Origin: an uncultured bacterium
Lineage (GTDB): Bacteria; Actinomycetota; Thermoleophilia; Solirubrobacterales; 70-9
Direction of reading: 5' to 3'
Length of the DNA: 64,000 nt
NCBI GenBank assembly: GCA_963807745.1
Contig: CAWECF010000003.1
Coordinates: 763,895 to 827,894, forward strand
Positions 9,924 to 18,795 of the stretch are shown piece after piece. A program made the position numbers and the translations under genes. Numbering within the stretch: the first letter of the stretch is position 1; the number at the start of each line of letters is the position of its first letter. The notes under the pieces were generated by a model, which had not been told where the DNA came from, did no database searches, and worked only from the letters and a program-made list of their open reading frames with translations.

Positions 9924-10315
9924 CGCTTCCTCGCCACGCGCAGGACGGCTTCCATTCCGGCATCGCGGTGCCCATCGAGGGAGCACCAAAGGACGTAGCG
10001 GGAGTCCCTCCTCAGCTTCGCAACCGCCAGGGTGTTGAAGGCGCCGGGCAGGGTCTCGCCGATCTCCAGGACGTTCTCGGCGCCCCTGCGGCGGATCATC
10101 ACATCGTGCGGGTCCTCCCCGGTGTTCGTGTACTGGATGAGGGCGGGGCCCGGCTCGACCTTCGTGCGGGTGAGCGAGAACGAGAACTCGGACGTGCCAT
10201 TACGGATGCCGATCGTCGTCGGGCCTCCCCCGGCCGCAGCCGACCCGGCTAGGGTTCCCGCAAGCGCGAGGATCAGCGCTCCCGCGAGCGCCCCGGCGAA
10301 CCGCGTGCGCATCAT
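9920..10315 (-). CDS. Secreted cupredoxin-like (blue copper) protein
   Basis: Start at MMRTRF with a signal peptide. His in GEDPHDV plus CSLDGHRDAGM (C-x4-H-x4-M) resembles type-1 copper ligands. ATGA overlap with the DUF1501 stop. Confidence 0.55.
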   Translation of the reverse strand: MMRTRFAGALAGALILALAGTLAGSAAAGGGPTTIGIRNGTSEFSFSLTRTKVEPGPALIQYTNTGEDPHDVMIRRRGAENVLEIGETLPGAFNTLAVAKLRRDSRYVLWCSLDGHRDAGMEAVLRVARKR

Positions 10316-11676
10316 GAGCTGATGATCTGCGGGCGGGAGAAGCCCGAGGCTCCCGGGATCACCTGAGCCGCGTCGACGTCGAACCACTGCTCGAGGATCG
10401 AGCAGTAGAGCGAGCGGAAGTCCGAGGTGTTGACCACGTTGTCGTCCTCGTCGAGCGTCCCGAGGCCCGGCCACTCGCCGACCATCTCGCCCTGGACCCG
10501 CGTGCCCATGACGAAGGCTGCGCCGGCCGCGCCGTGATCGGTGCCCGTCGCGTTCTGCTCGGGGCGCCGGCCGAACTCCGAGTACACGAGGGTGATCACG
10601 CGGTCCGCGAGGCCGCGCGCCTCCAGGTCGGCCTGGAAGGCGGCGAGAGTGTCGAACGTGATGCCGATGTCGTCGCCGAAGGTGCTGGCCTGGTTGTCGT
10701 GGGTGTCGTAGCCACCCGGCGCCGACACGGACACGCAGCGGATCGGCAGGTCGGCATCGATCATCGCGGAGAGCGCCGACATGTTCTGGCAGAACCAGTG
10801 ATCGGCGTCCGGGTAGACGCTGGGGACGCTGACCTCACCGAAGTTCTTGAGAGTGCCGCGCAGCTCGACCGACTGGTCGGCGGTGCGCCCCGCGCTGGCG
10901 CGCCCGGCGTCGGCGCCGGCCGCCCCGGCCTGGCCCATCGCCTGCACGTGGTCGAACATGAGCGGCTCGACATCGCCCCACACCCCGGGCGCCCACAGGT
11001 CGTAGGTGGAGCCGTCGATAGCCGCCACCGGCTTCGATGCCGTGGCGAGCGACGGAAGCAGCCAGCCGTCCAGGGAGAGCCCCTGGATCGGGTTGTCATC
11101 CGTCCCGATCACGTCGATCAGCCGCCCGAGCCAGCCCGTCCGCAGGTTCGGATCGAGCTTGCCGACCTCCCAGTAGTGCCTGGACGTGAAGTGGGACTGG
11201 TCTGGATCGGCGTATCCGACGGCCGGCAGCACGGAGAGCTTGCCGGCGCGATGAAGGGTGTCCAGCGCGGCAGCGCGTGGATGCCACATCAGCGAGTCGT
11301 CCTCGGCGAACTCGGGCCCCTGGCCCTCGTCCAGCCGGATGCCGGGGCCTCGCAGGTTGCGATAGACGGAGTCGTTGACCGGGGCGAGGACCGAGAGCGA
11401 ATCCATGCCGCCGTCCATGAAGACCGAGACGATGACCGGAGCCTGCGTGCCCTGGGCTCTCGCGATGCCGCTCTGGAGGTCTGCGAACCCAAGCTTCGAA
11501 GCGCCGTAGACGGACATCATCCCCAGGCCGGCGCGCATCATGAATGAGCGGCGCGACATGCCGGTTCCGGCCGGGATCGGCATGCCCGGCTCGATCGCCG
11601 GCAGGCCCTTGCCCGCCTCGGCGGCCGCTCCGCGGAGCAGGTGGGCCCTGGAGAATTCGTTGCAGTGGCAGGCCAT
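10312..11676 (-). CDS. DUF1501 family protein (sulfatase/alkaline-phosphatase-like), Tat signal
   Basis: Start MACHCNEF at 11676, preceded by GAGGAG. Twin-arginine SRRSFMMRAG. GGYDTHDNQ and YSEFGRRP are typical of DUF1501. Confidence 0.85.
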   Translation of the reverse strand: MACHCNEFSRAHLLRGAAAEAGKGLPAIEPGMPIPAGTGMSRRSFMMRAGLGMMSVYGASKLGFADLQSGIARAQGTQAPVIVSVFMDGGMDSLSVLAPVNDSVYRNLRGPGIRLDEGQGPEFAEDDSLMWHPRAAALDTLHRAGKLSVLPAVGYADPDQSHFTSRHYWEVGKLDPNLRTGWLGRLIDVIGTDDNPIQGLSLDGWLLPSLATASKPVAAIDGSTYDLWAPGVWGDVEPLMFDHVQAMGQAGAAGADAGRASAGRTADQSVELRGTLKNFGEVSVPSVYPDADHWFCQNMSALSAMIDADLPIRCVSVSAPGGYDTHDNQASTFGDDIGITFDTLAAFQADLEARGLADRVITLVYSEFGRRPEQNATGTDHGAAGAAFVMGTRVQGEMVGEWPGLGTLDEDDNVVNTSDFRSLYCSILEQWFDVDAAQVIPGASGFSRPQIISS

Positions 11677-11684
11677 CGCTCTCC

Positions 11685-13019
11685 TCAGCTCGTCTGCATC
11701 TCGGGGGACATCGCGACCATCATCCGAAGAGCGTTCTGGCGAAGTCCGCGGAAGTCGTTGTTCTGCCAGGTCGCCGTGATGGCTGCCTCGACAGCTTCTC
11801 CGAACTCCTCGAGCCCGGCGACGGTCTCCGCGTCGACGACCGGATCGCCCCAGAAGCGGAGCGCCTTGGTCACGGCCTGCGCCGGAGTCTCTGTCTCGCT
11901 GTACTCGCCGGGATCGACCCAGTCCCGGCGCGTGATCATGGAAGCGGCTATCCAGCGGCCCCGATAGCTCGAGGTGTCGAGCCAGCGCTCCTCGTCCCAG
12001 CCGGCGACGTTCGGCGGGCGGAGGATCCGCTGCCCGGCGAGGTCCGAGACCCAGGACCAGGAGTTTTCGCGAACCCCGAGGCCCTTCGCGCGGAGCATGC
12101 CCGCGATGTAGACGATCGGAGGCTTCACCATGGACGGTCCCTCGTAGAACGCGGGGTGCTTGAGAATCGCCTTCAGTAGAGGCTTGATCGCGTAGCTGGC
12201 GCGGTACATGGACTCCAGCTCGGCGCGGGTCGCGTCGTCGGGCGGAGTCGGGATGAAGTAGCTCCAGAGCTTGCCGACGAGATAGGGCGCATGAGCTTCG
12301 TGCTCCAGGCATAGGCGGCAGGAGTCCCGCCAGTCGAAGTTCCCGGACCGGCCGAAGATCGTCTTGGTGTCTGTGTCGTGGTATTCGGGTTTGAAGCGGA
12401 AGTCGACGTAGCCCACGTCGTCCTTCCAGATCGCGCGCCAGCCGGTGAGCGCCCTGGCCTGCTCGCGCACGTCGTCCTCGGTGTACGGGTAGCCGGTCTC
12501 GTCCGAGACGCCGAGGGTGAAGAGCTCCATCAGCTCGCGGCCGTAGTTCTCGTTCGGGTTCCACTTGTTGTTGTCGATGCCCGAGAGCCAGATCAGCATC
12601 GCGGGATCGATCGTCACCCGCTCGATCAGGCTGTCGAAGCTCTCGAAGGCCCGCTTGCGGAACATCTTGATCTGGTCGATCGAGATCCGGGCCGAGCCGA
12701 CGTCACCGGTCGCGAACCAGTCGTGCCAGTTCAGCGCCATGCGCTCGACCAGGGGCTGGTTCGAGCGGACCATCTTGTCGAGCCACCACATGACGTCGTG
12801 GCCCCAAAGGTCGTACGGAGCGAAGTTGCCGTCCTCGTCCCGCGGCTCAGGGCCGATCAGCTTCGGCTTCGGCGGATCGACCAGCGACTTGACTGCCCTG
12901 GAAAGGCCCTTTTCCGCCACCCTTGCTGCCTCGCCGGGCTTCGGGCCGAAGCCTGCGCGCCAAAGCAGACGAGACGCCTCCTTCTCGGAGAACTCTCCGT
13001 CGTATACAGCCACCGCCAT
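11685..13019 (-). CDS. DUF1800 family protein
   Basis: Start at MAVAVYDG (13019). LLWRAGFGP and NENYGRELMELFTLG are typical of DUF1800. Stop lies 8 bp before the DUF1501 start. Confidence 0.8.
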   Translation of the reverse strand: MAVAVYDGEFSEKEASRLLWRAGFGPKPGEAARVAEKGLSRAVKSLVDPPKPKLIGPEPRDEDGNFAPYDLWGHDVMWWLDKMVRSNQPLVERMALNWHDWFATGDVGSARISIDQIKMFRKRAFESFDSLIERVTIDPAMLIWLSGIDNNKWNPNENYGRELMELFTLGVSDETGYPYTEDDVREQARALTGWRAIWKDDVGYVDFRFKPEYHDTDTKTIFGRSGNFDWRDSCRLCLEHEAHAPYLVGKLWSYFIPTPPDDATRAELESMYRASYAIKPLLKAILKHPAFYEGPSMVKPPIVYIAGMLRAKGLGVRENSWSWVSDLAGQRILRPPNVAGWDEERWLDTSSYRGRWIAASMITRRDWVDPGEYSETETPAQAVTKALRFWGDPVVDAETVAGLEEFGEAVEAAITATWQNNDFRGLRQNALRMMVAMSPEMQTS

Positions 13020-13125
13020 TGCTTTTTCATCGGCACCGCTCGGCCGCGCCTTTATGCCTGGAAGCCGCCCTGGACGCTTGGCCGGGCCTGAACGCCTTCG
13101 CCGAGCCGGATGGGATACTGGCCCT

Positions 13126-13854
13126 GTGACGGAAGCGGTTCTGTGGGGTCTGGTGGCGAGCTCGTCGCTGCTCATCGGTGCGGTTATCGCCATGACCGCC
13201 TGCCCTCCCGAAAGGATCACCGGCCTGGTGCTTGGCTTCGGCGCGGGCACCCTGATCAGCGCAATCTCGTTCGAGTTGACCGAGGAGGCGTTCAACCTGG
13301 GCGGCGCCGACGCGCTGACCTTCGGTCTGGCGGCGGGAGCGCTCGCGTTCTACGTCGGGGACCGGCTGGTCTCGCCGCGGGCCGAAGAAGGGATGCACGA
13401 GCGCGAGATGCCCGAGCAGGACGAGAGCGGCAAGACGCTGCTTCTGGGCGCCCTGCTGGACGGCGTTCCCGAGACGGCCGTCCTGGGCTCGACCCTCCTC
13501 ACCGGCAGTGGCGTCGGCGTTCCGGTCCTGGCCGCGATCTTCCTGTCGAACCTGCCGGAGGGGATCGGCGGGGCAAGCGACATGCTCGAGTCCGGAGTGT
13601 CCAGGGGCCGCGTGATCGCGCTGTGGAGCGGCGTGACCGTGATCTGCGCCGCGTCCGCGGGAATCGGCTACCAGCTCCTGGCGAGCGCGGGTGACGAGGC
13701 GGTGGCGATCCTTCAGGCCTTCGCCGCCGGCGGAGTGCTTGCGATGCTTGCCATCGAGATGCTTCCGGCCGCCCACTCGAAGGGCGGCCGCGAGGCCGGG
13801 CTCATGACGGTTCTGGGGTTCGCCCTCGCCTACCTGCTCTCGACCATCGGGTAG
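13126..13854 (+). CDS. ZIP family metal transporter
   Basis: GTG start chosen at VTEAVLWGL. Multi-TM protein with LSNLPEGIG and C-terminal HSKGG motifs. The upstream part of the track ORF is shadow frame. Confidence 0.7.
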   Translation: MTEAVLWGLVASSSLLIGAVIAMTACPPERITGLVLGFGAGTLISAISFELTEEAFNLGGADALTFGLAAGALAFYVGDRLVSPRAEEGMHEREMPEQDESGKTLLLGALLDGVPETAVLGSTLLTGSGVGVPVLAAIFLSNLPEGIGGASDMLESGVSRGRVIALWSGVTVICAASAGIGYQLLASAGDEAVAILQAFAAGGVLAMLAIEMLPAAHSKGGREAGLMTVLGFALAYLLSTIG

Positions 13855-14516
13855 TCGCGAGCCTCGTCGAGGACGACGCGCCCTCCGACCTGGACGAAGC
13901 CCTCGTCCAGGGGGCGAGCGAAGATCTCTGAGCCGCGGCCCTGGCGGATCTGGATCGGCCGCCCGAGTTGTCCGCAGAGCGCAAGGGCCGCCGAACCGGT
14001 CGCCTCGTCCTCGGCGATCCCGGCATCCGCAACGAACGAGCGGGCTCTCACCCGCCCGGCCTCCTCGTCCTCCCAGGCCCAGCAGTACGCCCAGCCCTCG
14101 CCGCCCGGCGCACCGTCGAGCGAGTCGACGTCTTCTGCGCTCGCGAGCTCGACGTACTCGAACGGCGGCGACCATTCGGGGCGAGCCGCGACCCAGACGA
14201 TGTCCCCCTCGTAGCCCACGCGGAGCTCGCCTGCCGGCGGGCGCAGCACCGCGACCTCTCCGACCTTCTCGCGCAGGAGCCAAGCCGCCCCGACTGTCGG
14301 GTGGCCCGCGAACGGCATCTCCACCGCGGGCGCGTGGATTCGCATCTCGGCCCGCTCGTGGTCGTCGATGAACACGGTCTCTGCGAAGCCGAGGTCTGCC
14401 GCGACCTCCTGGCGCCTTGCCTCGGGCACATCGGCGCCGCGCATGAAGACCCCGAGCTCGTTGCCGTGCTCGCCGCTCGCCGTCGTGAACACCCGTAGGA
14501 CGTGGAGCTCGCTCAC
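13830..14516 (-). CDS. PhzF family isomerase-like protein
   Basis: GTG start VSELHVLRVF. FAGHPTVGAAW and EDEATGSAALAL motifs. The long N-terminal extension of the track ORF is rejected. Confidence 0.75.
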   Translation of the reverse strand: MSELHVLRVFTTASGEHGNELGVFMRGADVPEARRQEVAADLGFAETVFIDDHERAEMRIHAPAVEMPFAGHPTVGAAWLLREKVGEVAVLRPPAGELRVGYEGDIVWVAARPEWSPPFEYVELASAEDVDSLDGAPGGEGWAYCWAWEDEEAGRVRARSFVADAGIAEDEATGSAALALCGQLGRPIQIRQGRGSEIFARPLDEGFVQVGGRVVLDEARDYPMVESR

Positions 14517-14606
14517 GGTCGCGACATTAGCCGTCGGGGACGCCCGGGGCGCGCTCGCCCCGCGCGGGGTTGTAGCCGGGGTACCCCTCAGCGAAAGGAG
14601 CCCCGG

Positions 14607-14822
14607 ATGGCAGAGAAGTTTCGGCGTGGCGACAGAGTCGAATGGAGATTCCGCGGCCACGCCGTTACCGGCCGTGTCCGAAAGCGCCTGGTCGAGCGCA
14701 CGGAGGTCGCGGGCCAGGTGGTAGCGGCGACCAAGGATGATCCGCGCTACCTGGTCAGGAGCGACAAGTCGGGAAAGGAGACCGCGCGCCGGGCCGAGGC
14801 GCTCAGGCGCCTGCCAGAGTAG
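14607..14822 (+). CDS. DUF2945 (Tudor-like) small protein
   Basis: MAEKFRRGDRVEWRFRGHAVTGRV, preceded by AAGGAG at 14595-14600. Confidence 0.6.
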   Translation: MAEKFRRGDRVEWRFRGHAVTGRVRKRLVERTEVAGQVVAATKDDPRYLVRSDKSGKETARRAEALRRLPE

Positions 14823-14828
14823 GAGTTG

Positions 14829-15800
14829 ATGCTGGATCTGGTCGAGGCAGAGGCGTGGATGGACGCCGCCCTGGCGACGGTCGGCGCGCGGCGGACGAGC
14901 GAGCTCCAGACCTTCAGGACACGCCCCTGGGGCGTGGTGCTCCGCGCCGAGACGAGCGACGGCGTCGTCTGGATGAAGGAGCCCAGGGGCGCGACCGCCT
15001 TCGAGGTGCCCCTTTACTGGCTGCTCGCCGAATGCGCCCCGGAGGCGATCCTCGTTCCGCTCGCGGTGGACGAGGAGCGCGGGTGGGTGTTGCTGCCAGA
15101 CGGCGGCACTTCCCTCGGCGAGCGCGCGGACGGCGAGGAGCTCGTCGAGGCCATGGCGTCGGCTCTCGGCCGGTACGCGCGCGTCCAGAGGGCGCTCGAG
15201 CCGCGGGTGGACGACCTGCACCGCATCGGGATCGCCGACATGACGCCCGGCGCGATGCCCGCGCGCTTCGACGAGGCGATCAAAGCCGGCGCGCGATACT
15301 CCCGCTCCTCCGGCGACCCGGCCGACGCCGAGAGCCTCGAGCGCATCGCCGGGCACAGGGCGACCTTCCTGGAATGGTGCGAAGAGCTCGCGAACCGGCC
15401 CGGAGGCGTCAGCCTCGACCACAACGACCTCCACCCCTGGAACGTCCTGGGGGCCCCGGACCAGCCGGAGGGACTGCGCTTCTACGACTGGGGAGACAGC
15501 GTCATCGCCCATCCGTTCGCCACAACGCTCGTGCCGCTTGGGGTGATCGCCCGGCTGGGCCCCCACGCCGTCGAACGGCTCCGGGACGCCTACCTGGAGC
15601 CGTTCACGGACGTCGCGTCACGCGAGGATCTGATCGACACCCTGGAGCTGGCCTGCCGTGTCGCAAAGGTGGCACGAGCGCTCACCTGGGAGCGAGCGCT
15701 CCTTGCCGGCGACGAGTCTTCGACGGAGCGGGACTTCAGGCGTGCGCCGCTCGAGTCGCTCGAGTCCCTGCTGGACGATTCGTACCTCGGCAACACCTGA
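14829..15800 (+). CDS. Phosphotransferase (aminoglycoside/choline kinase, APH) family protein
   Basis: LDHNDLHPWNVL catalytic loop and YDWGDS metal-binding motif. AGGAG RBS at 14821-14825. Confidence 0.75.
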   Translation: MLDLVEAEAWMDAALATVGARRTSELQTFRTRPWGVVLRAETSDGVVWMKEPRGATAFEVPLYWLLAECAPEAILVPLAVDEERGWVLLPDGGTSLGERADGEELVEAMASALGRYARVQRALEPRVDDLHRIGIADMTPGAMPARFDEAIKAGARYSRSSGDPADAESLERIAGHRATFLEWCEELANRPGGVSLDHNDLHPWNVLGAPDQPEGLRFYDWGDSVIAHPFATTLVPLGVIARLGPHAVERLRDAYLEPFTDVASREDLIDTLELACRVAKVARALTWERALLAGDESSTERDFRRAPLESLESLLDDSYLGNT

Positions 15801-15851
15801 ACCGGCCAGGGTGGCTGCTTCGAATGGCCCTCTCGCGGGAAGCTTTCATAT

Positions 15852-17219
15852 GTGAGCCGTGAGCGTGCAACGGAAGCCGGGCTCGAGGCCGCGATCCGCG
15901 AGGTTGGGGCTGAGATAGTCGAGCATCTGCCCGCGCCCCCGCGCGGCCCGGTCGCGGCGCTCGACGAGCGCGCGATGCGGCTCACCGCGGAAGATCCCGA
16001 GCTCCGGACGGCGCTCTTCCGCCTGGTCGACGTAACGCCCGCCTGCCGGAGCCTGGACGATCTCGCCTCGCACCTCACGGAGTTCGCGGAAGACGTCCAA
16101 GAGCCGCCGCCGCCGCTGGGCGCCGCCATGCGGGCAGCCGGCACGAAGCCGGGGCGGCTTGCCTTGGGCGCCGCCGTTGCCGGCGGGGTCCGCCACATGG
16201 CGCACAGGTTCATCGCGGCGCCCACGCCCGCGGAGGCCAAGGGCGAGCTGCGGCGCCTCTGGAGCGCCGGGATCGGAACCTCGGTCGACCTCCTGGGCGA
16301 AGCGACGCTGACCGAGACGGAGGCCGACACCTACGCGGCGCGCTGCGACGAGGCGCTGATCACGCTCGCGGGGATCTACTCGGAGTTCGAGCCGCACCCG
16401 CTTCTCGAGCGCGACCCGGACGGCCCGCTTCCGCGCGCGAACCTCTCCGTCAAGGTCACGGCGCTCACCCCGCTCATCCGCCCCGAGGCTCCCGCCCGCG
16501 GGGTCGAAGATGCGGCCGCCCGGCTGCGGCCGCTCCTGGCGCGCGCGAATGAGCTTGGCGCTCACCTCCACATCGACATGGAGTCGCTCGACGCGCGTGA
16601 GACGACGTTGGGCCTGATCGCCGAGCTGCTCGGCGAGGAAGCATTCCGCGGCGGCCCATCGGCCGGCGTCGTGCTTCAGGCCTACTTGCGGGACGCCGCG
16701 GGCGAGCTGGCCGAGATCATCGCCGCGAACAGCCGTGCCGGGCGGGCGGTCCCGCTTACCATCCGGCTGGTCAAGGGCGCCTATTGGGACCACGAGGTCG
16801 TCGAGGCCGGACAGCACGGCTGGACTCCACCCGTCTTCTCCGAGAAGGCGGAGTCCGACCGGAGCTTCGAGGCGCTCACCCGCACCCTAATCGAGCACGC
16901 ACGTGAGAGCCCAGGCACGATCCGCATCGCTATCGCCTCACACAACGTCCGCTCCGTCGCGCACGCGATTGCCTTCAACCGGCTTGCGGGAGGCGCCGAT
17001 GATGCGCTCGAGTTCCAGGTCCTGCGCGGCCTCGGCGACGATCTGGCTCACGCTCTCGCCGGCTCCGGGTTCCGGGCGCGGAGCTACTGCCCGGTCGGCG
17101 ACCTGGTCGCCGGCATGGCCTATCTGGTGCGCAGGCTCCTGGAGAACACCGCGAACGAGTCATTCCTGGCGGAGCAGGCGCGCGGCGCGTCCCTCGACAC
17201 CCTCCTCGCGGCGCCATGA
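15852..17219 (+). CDS. Proline dehydrogenase (monofunctional PutA-like)
   Basis: 455-aa ORF. VVLQAYLRD, RLVKGAYWD and IASHN are typical of the PRODH barrel. Confidence 0.8.
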   Translation: MSRERATEAGLEAAIREVGAEIVEHLPAPPRGPVAALDERAMRLTAEDPELRTALFRLVDVTPACRSLDDLASHLTEFAEDVQEPPPPLGAAMRAAGTKPGRLALGAAVAGGVRHMAHRFIAAPTPAEAKGELRRLWSAGIGTSVDLLGEATLTETEADTYAARCDEALITLAGIYSEFEPHPLLERDPDGPLPRANLSVKVTALTPLIRPEAPARGVEDAAARLRPLLARANELGAHLHIDMESLDARETTLGLIAELLGEEAFRGGPSAGVVLQAYLRDAAGELAEIIAANSRAGRAVPLTIRLVKGAYWDHEVVEAGQHGWTPPVFSEKAESDRSFEALTRTLIEHARESPGTIRIAIASHNVRSVAHAIAFNRLAGGADDALEFQVLRGLGDDLAHALAGSGFRARSYCPVGDLVAGMAYLVRRLLENTANESFLAEQARGASLDTLLAAP

Positions 17220-18787
17220 GCGGCCTTGGCCCATTCTCGAACGAGCCCGTGCTCGAGCTGCGGCGCGCCTCGAGCCGCGACGCCCTGAGTGCTGCGCTCG
17301 CAGAGCTCGACCGGACCCTGCCGATCGCTGTGCCGGCGCTCGTGGCCGGCAACCGCCGGGAGACACCGGACTTCACCTCAACCGACCCCGGCCGGCCAGA
17401 GCGGATAGTCGCGACGGCATCAGAGGCAAACGCGACGGACGTGGATGCCGCGGTCGCCGCGGGTCGCGAGGCCGGCGCCGATTGGGGCGCACGCTCGGCC
17501 CAGGAACGCGCCGGCGTCTTGGTGCGGGCGGCCTCGCTCATGCGCGAGCGCCGCCTCGGCCTCGCGTCCCTGGCCCTGAGGGAGTGCGCGAAGCCCTGGC
17601 CCGAAGCCGACGCTGACGTCTGCGAGGCAATTGACTTCTGCGAGTACTACGCCCGCGAAGCCATTCGGCTGGGTCAAGGAGCGTCGCTCTCGCAGATCGC
17701 GGGCGAGCGCAACTCGATGACCTACCGCCCGCGCGGCATCGTGGCCGTCATCTCCCCCTGGAACTTCCCGTTTGCGATTGCGGCCGGAATGACGGCGGCC
17801 GCGCTGGCGGCGGGCAATTCCGTCGTCCTGAAGCCCGCAGAGCAGTCTCCCGGGTGTGCGCTCCGCCTTGCCGGCGCCTTTCACGAAGCGGGTGTCCCCC
17901 CGGAGTCGCTGTCACTGCTGCCGGGACACGGCGACGCAGGCGCGATGCTCGTGGGACACCCCGGCGTCCATGCGATTGCGTTCACCGGGTCGAGCGCGGT
18001 CGGCCTCGAGATCATCCGCCGCGCGGCCGAAACGCCCGAAGGCCAGGGTCACGTGAAAAGGGTCGTCGCCGAGATGGGCGGAAAGAACTGCGCGATCGTC
18101 GATACGGACGCTGACCTGGACGACGCCGTGCCGGCGATCGTCCGGTCGGCCTTCGGGTACGGCGGCCAGAAATGCTCCGCCGTCTCGCGCATCCTCGCCC
18201 ATCAGGCGATCGCCGAGCCGCTCGCGGACCGCCTCGCCGGAGCGATCGAGCTGCTTCGCGTCGGGCAGGCGGAGAGCCTCGACACCGAGGTGCCGCCGCT
18301 CATCGAGCGCGAAGCGCAGGAGCGGCTGGCCGGCGCCACCCGGCTGGCCGAGAACGATGGCCGCGTGACCGCGCGCGCAGCCGTCCCCGACGGGTCAGGC
18401 TGGTTCGCGGCGCCTGCGCTCGTGGAAGGGCTCGATCCTGCCTCCCCCCTCCTCCGCGACGAGATCTTCGGTCCCCTCTTGACGGTGGAGCCGGTGGCCT
18501 CGGTCGAAGCGGCGTGCGAGGTGGTCGGCGAGATTCCGTTCGCGCTCACCGGTGCCCTGTTCACCCGCAGCCCGTCAACTGTCGAGTTCGTCGTCGAGCG
18601 CTCGCCCGTCGGCAACCTATACGTCAACCGCGGCGCGACCGGCGCGATGGTGGGGCGGCAGCCGTTCGGCGGAAACCGCCTGTCGGGCGTGGGCTCGAAG
18701 GCCGGCGGGCCGGACTATGTCATCCAGTTCACCGAGCCCCAGGTGGTCTCCGAGAACACGACGCGCCACGGCCTGGTAGCCGACTGA
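17216..18787 (+). CDS. pruA: L-glutamate gamma-semialdehyde (P5C) dehydrogenase
   Basis: ALDH superfamily motifs EMGGKN and FGYGGQKCSA. ATGA overlap with the proline dehydrogenase gene. Confidence 0.85.
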   Translation: MSGLGPFSNEPVLELRRASSRDALSAALAELDRTLPIAVPALVAGNRRETPDFTSTDPGRPERIVATASEANATDVDAAVAAGREAGADWGARSAQERAGVLVRAASLMRERRLGLASLALRECAKPWPEADADVCEAIDFCEYYAREAIRLGQGASLSQIAGERNSMTYRPRGIVAVISPWNFPFAIAAGMTAAALAAGNSVVLKPAEQSPGCALRLAGAFHEAGVPPESLSLLPGHGDAGAMLVGHPGVHAIAFTGSSAVGLEIIRRAAETPEGQGHVKRVVAEMGGKNCAIVDTDADLDDAVPAIVRSAFGYGGQKCSAVSRILAHQAIAEPLADRLAGAIELLRVGQAESLDTEVPPLIEREAQERLAGATRLAENDGRVTARAAVPDGSGWFAAPALVEGLDPASPLLRDEIFGPLLTVEPVASVEAACEVVGEIPFALTGALFTRSPSTVEFVVERSPVGNLYVNRGATGAMVGRQPFGGNRLSGVGSKAGGPDYVIQFTEPQVVSENTTRHGLVAD

Positions 18788-18795
18788 GCGAGGCC

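Noticed and set aside
10312-12564. Single 750-aa minus-strand ORF
   Set aside because: Only the C-terminal 454 aa (from MACHCNEF, preceded by an RBS) match DUF1501. The N-terminal 296 aa overlap the DUF1800 gene in another frame and are Arg-rich nonsense.
13830-15566. 578-aa minus-strand ORF
   Set aside because: Only the last 228 aa (PhzF family) look real. The remainder is antisense to the well-supported DUF2945 and phosphotransferase genes.
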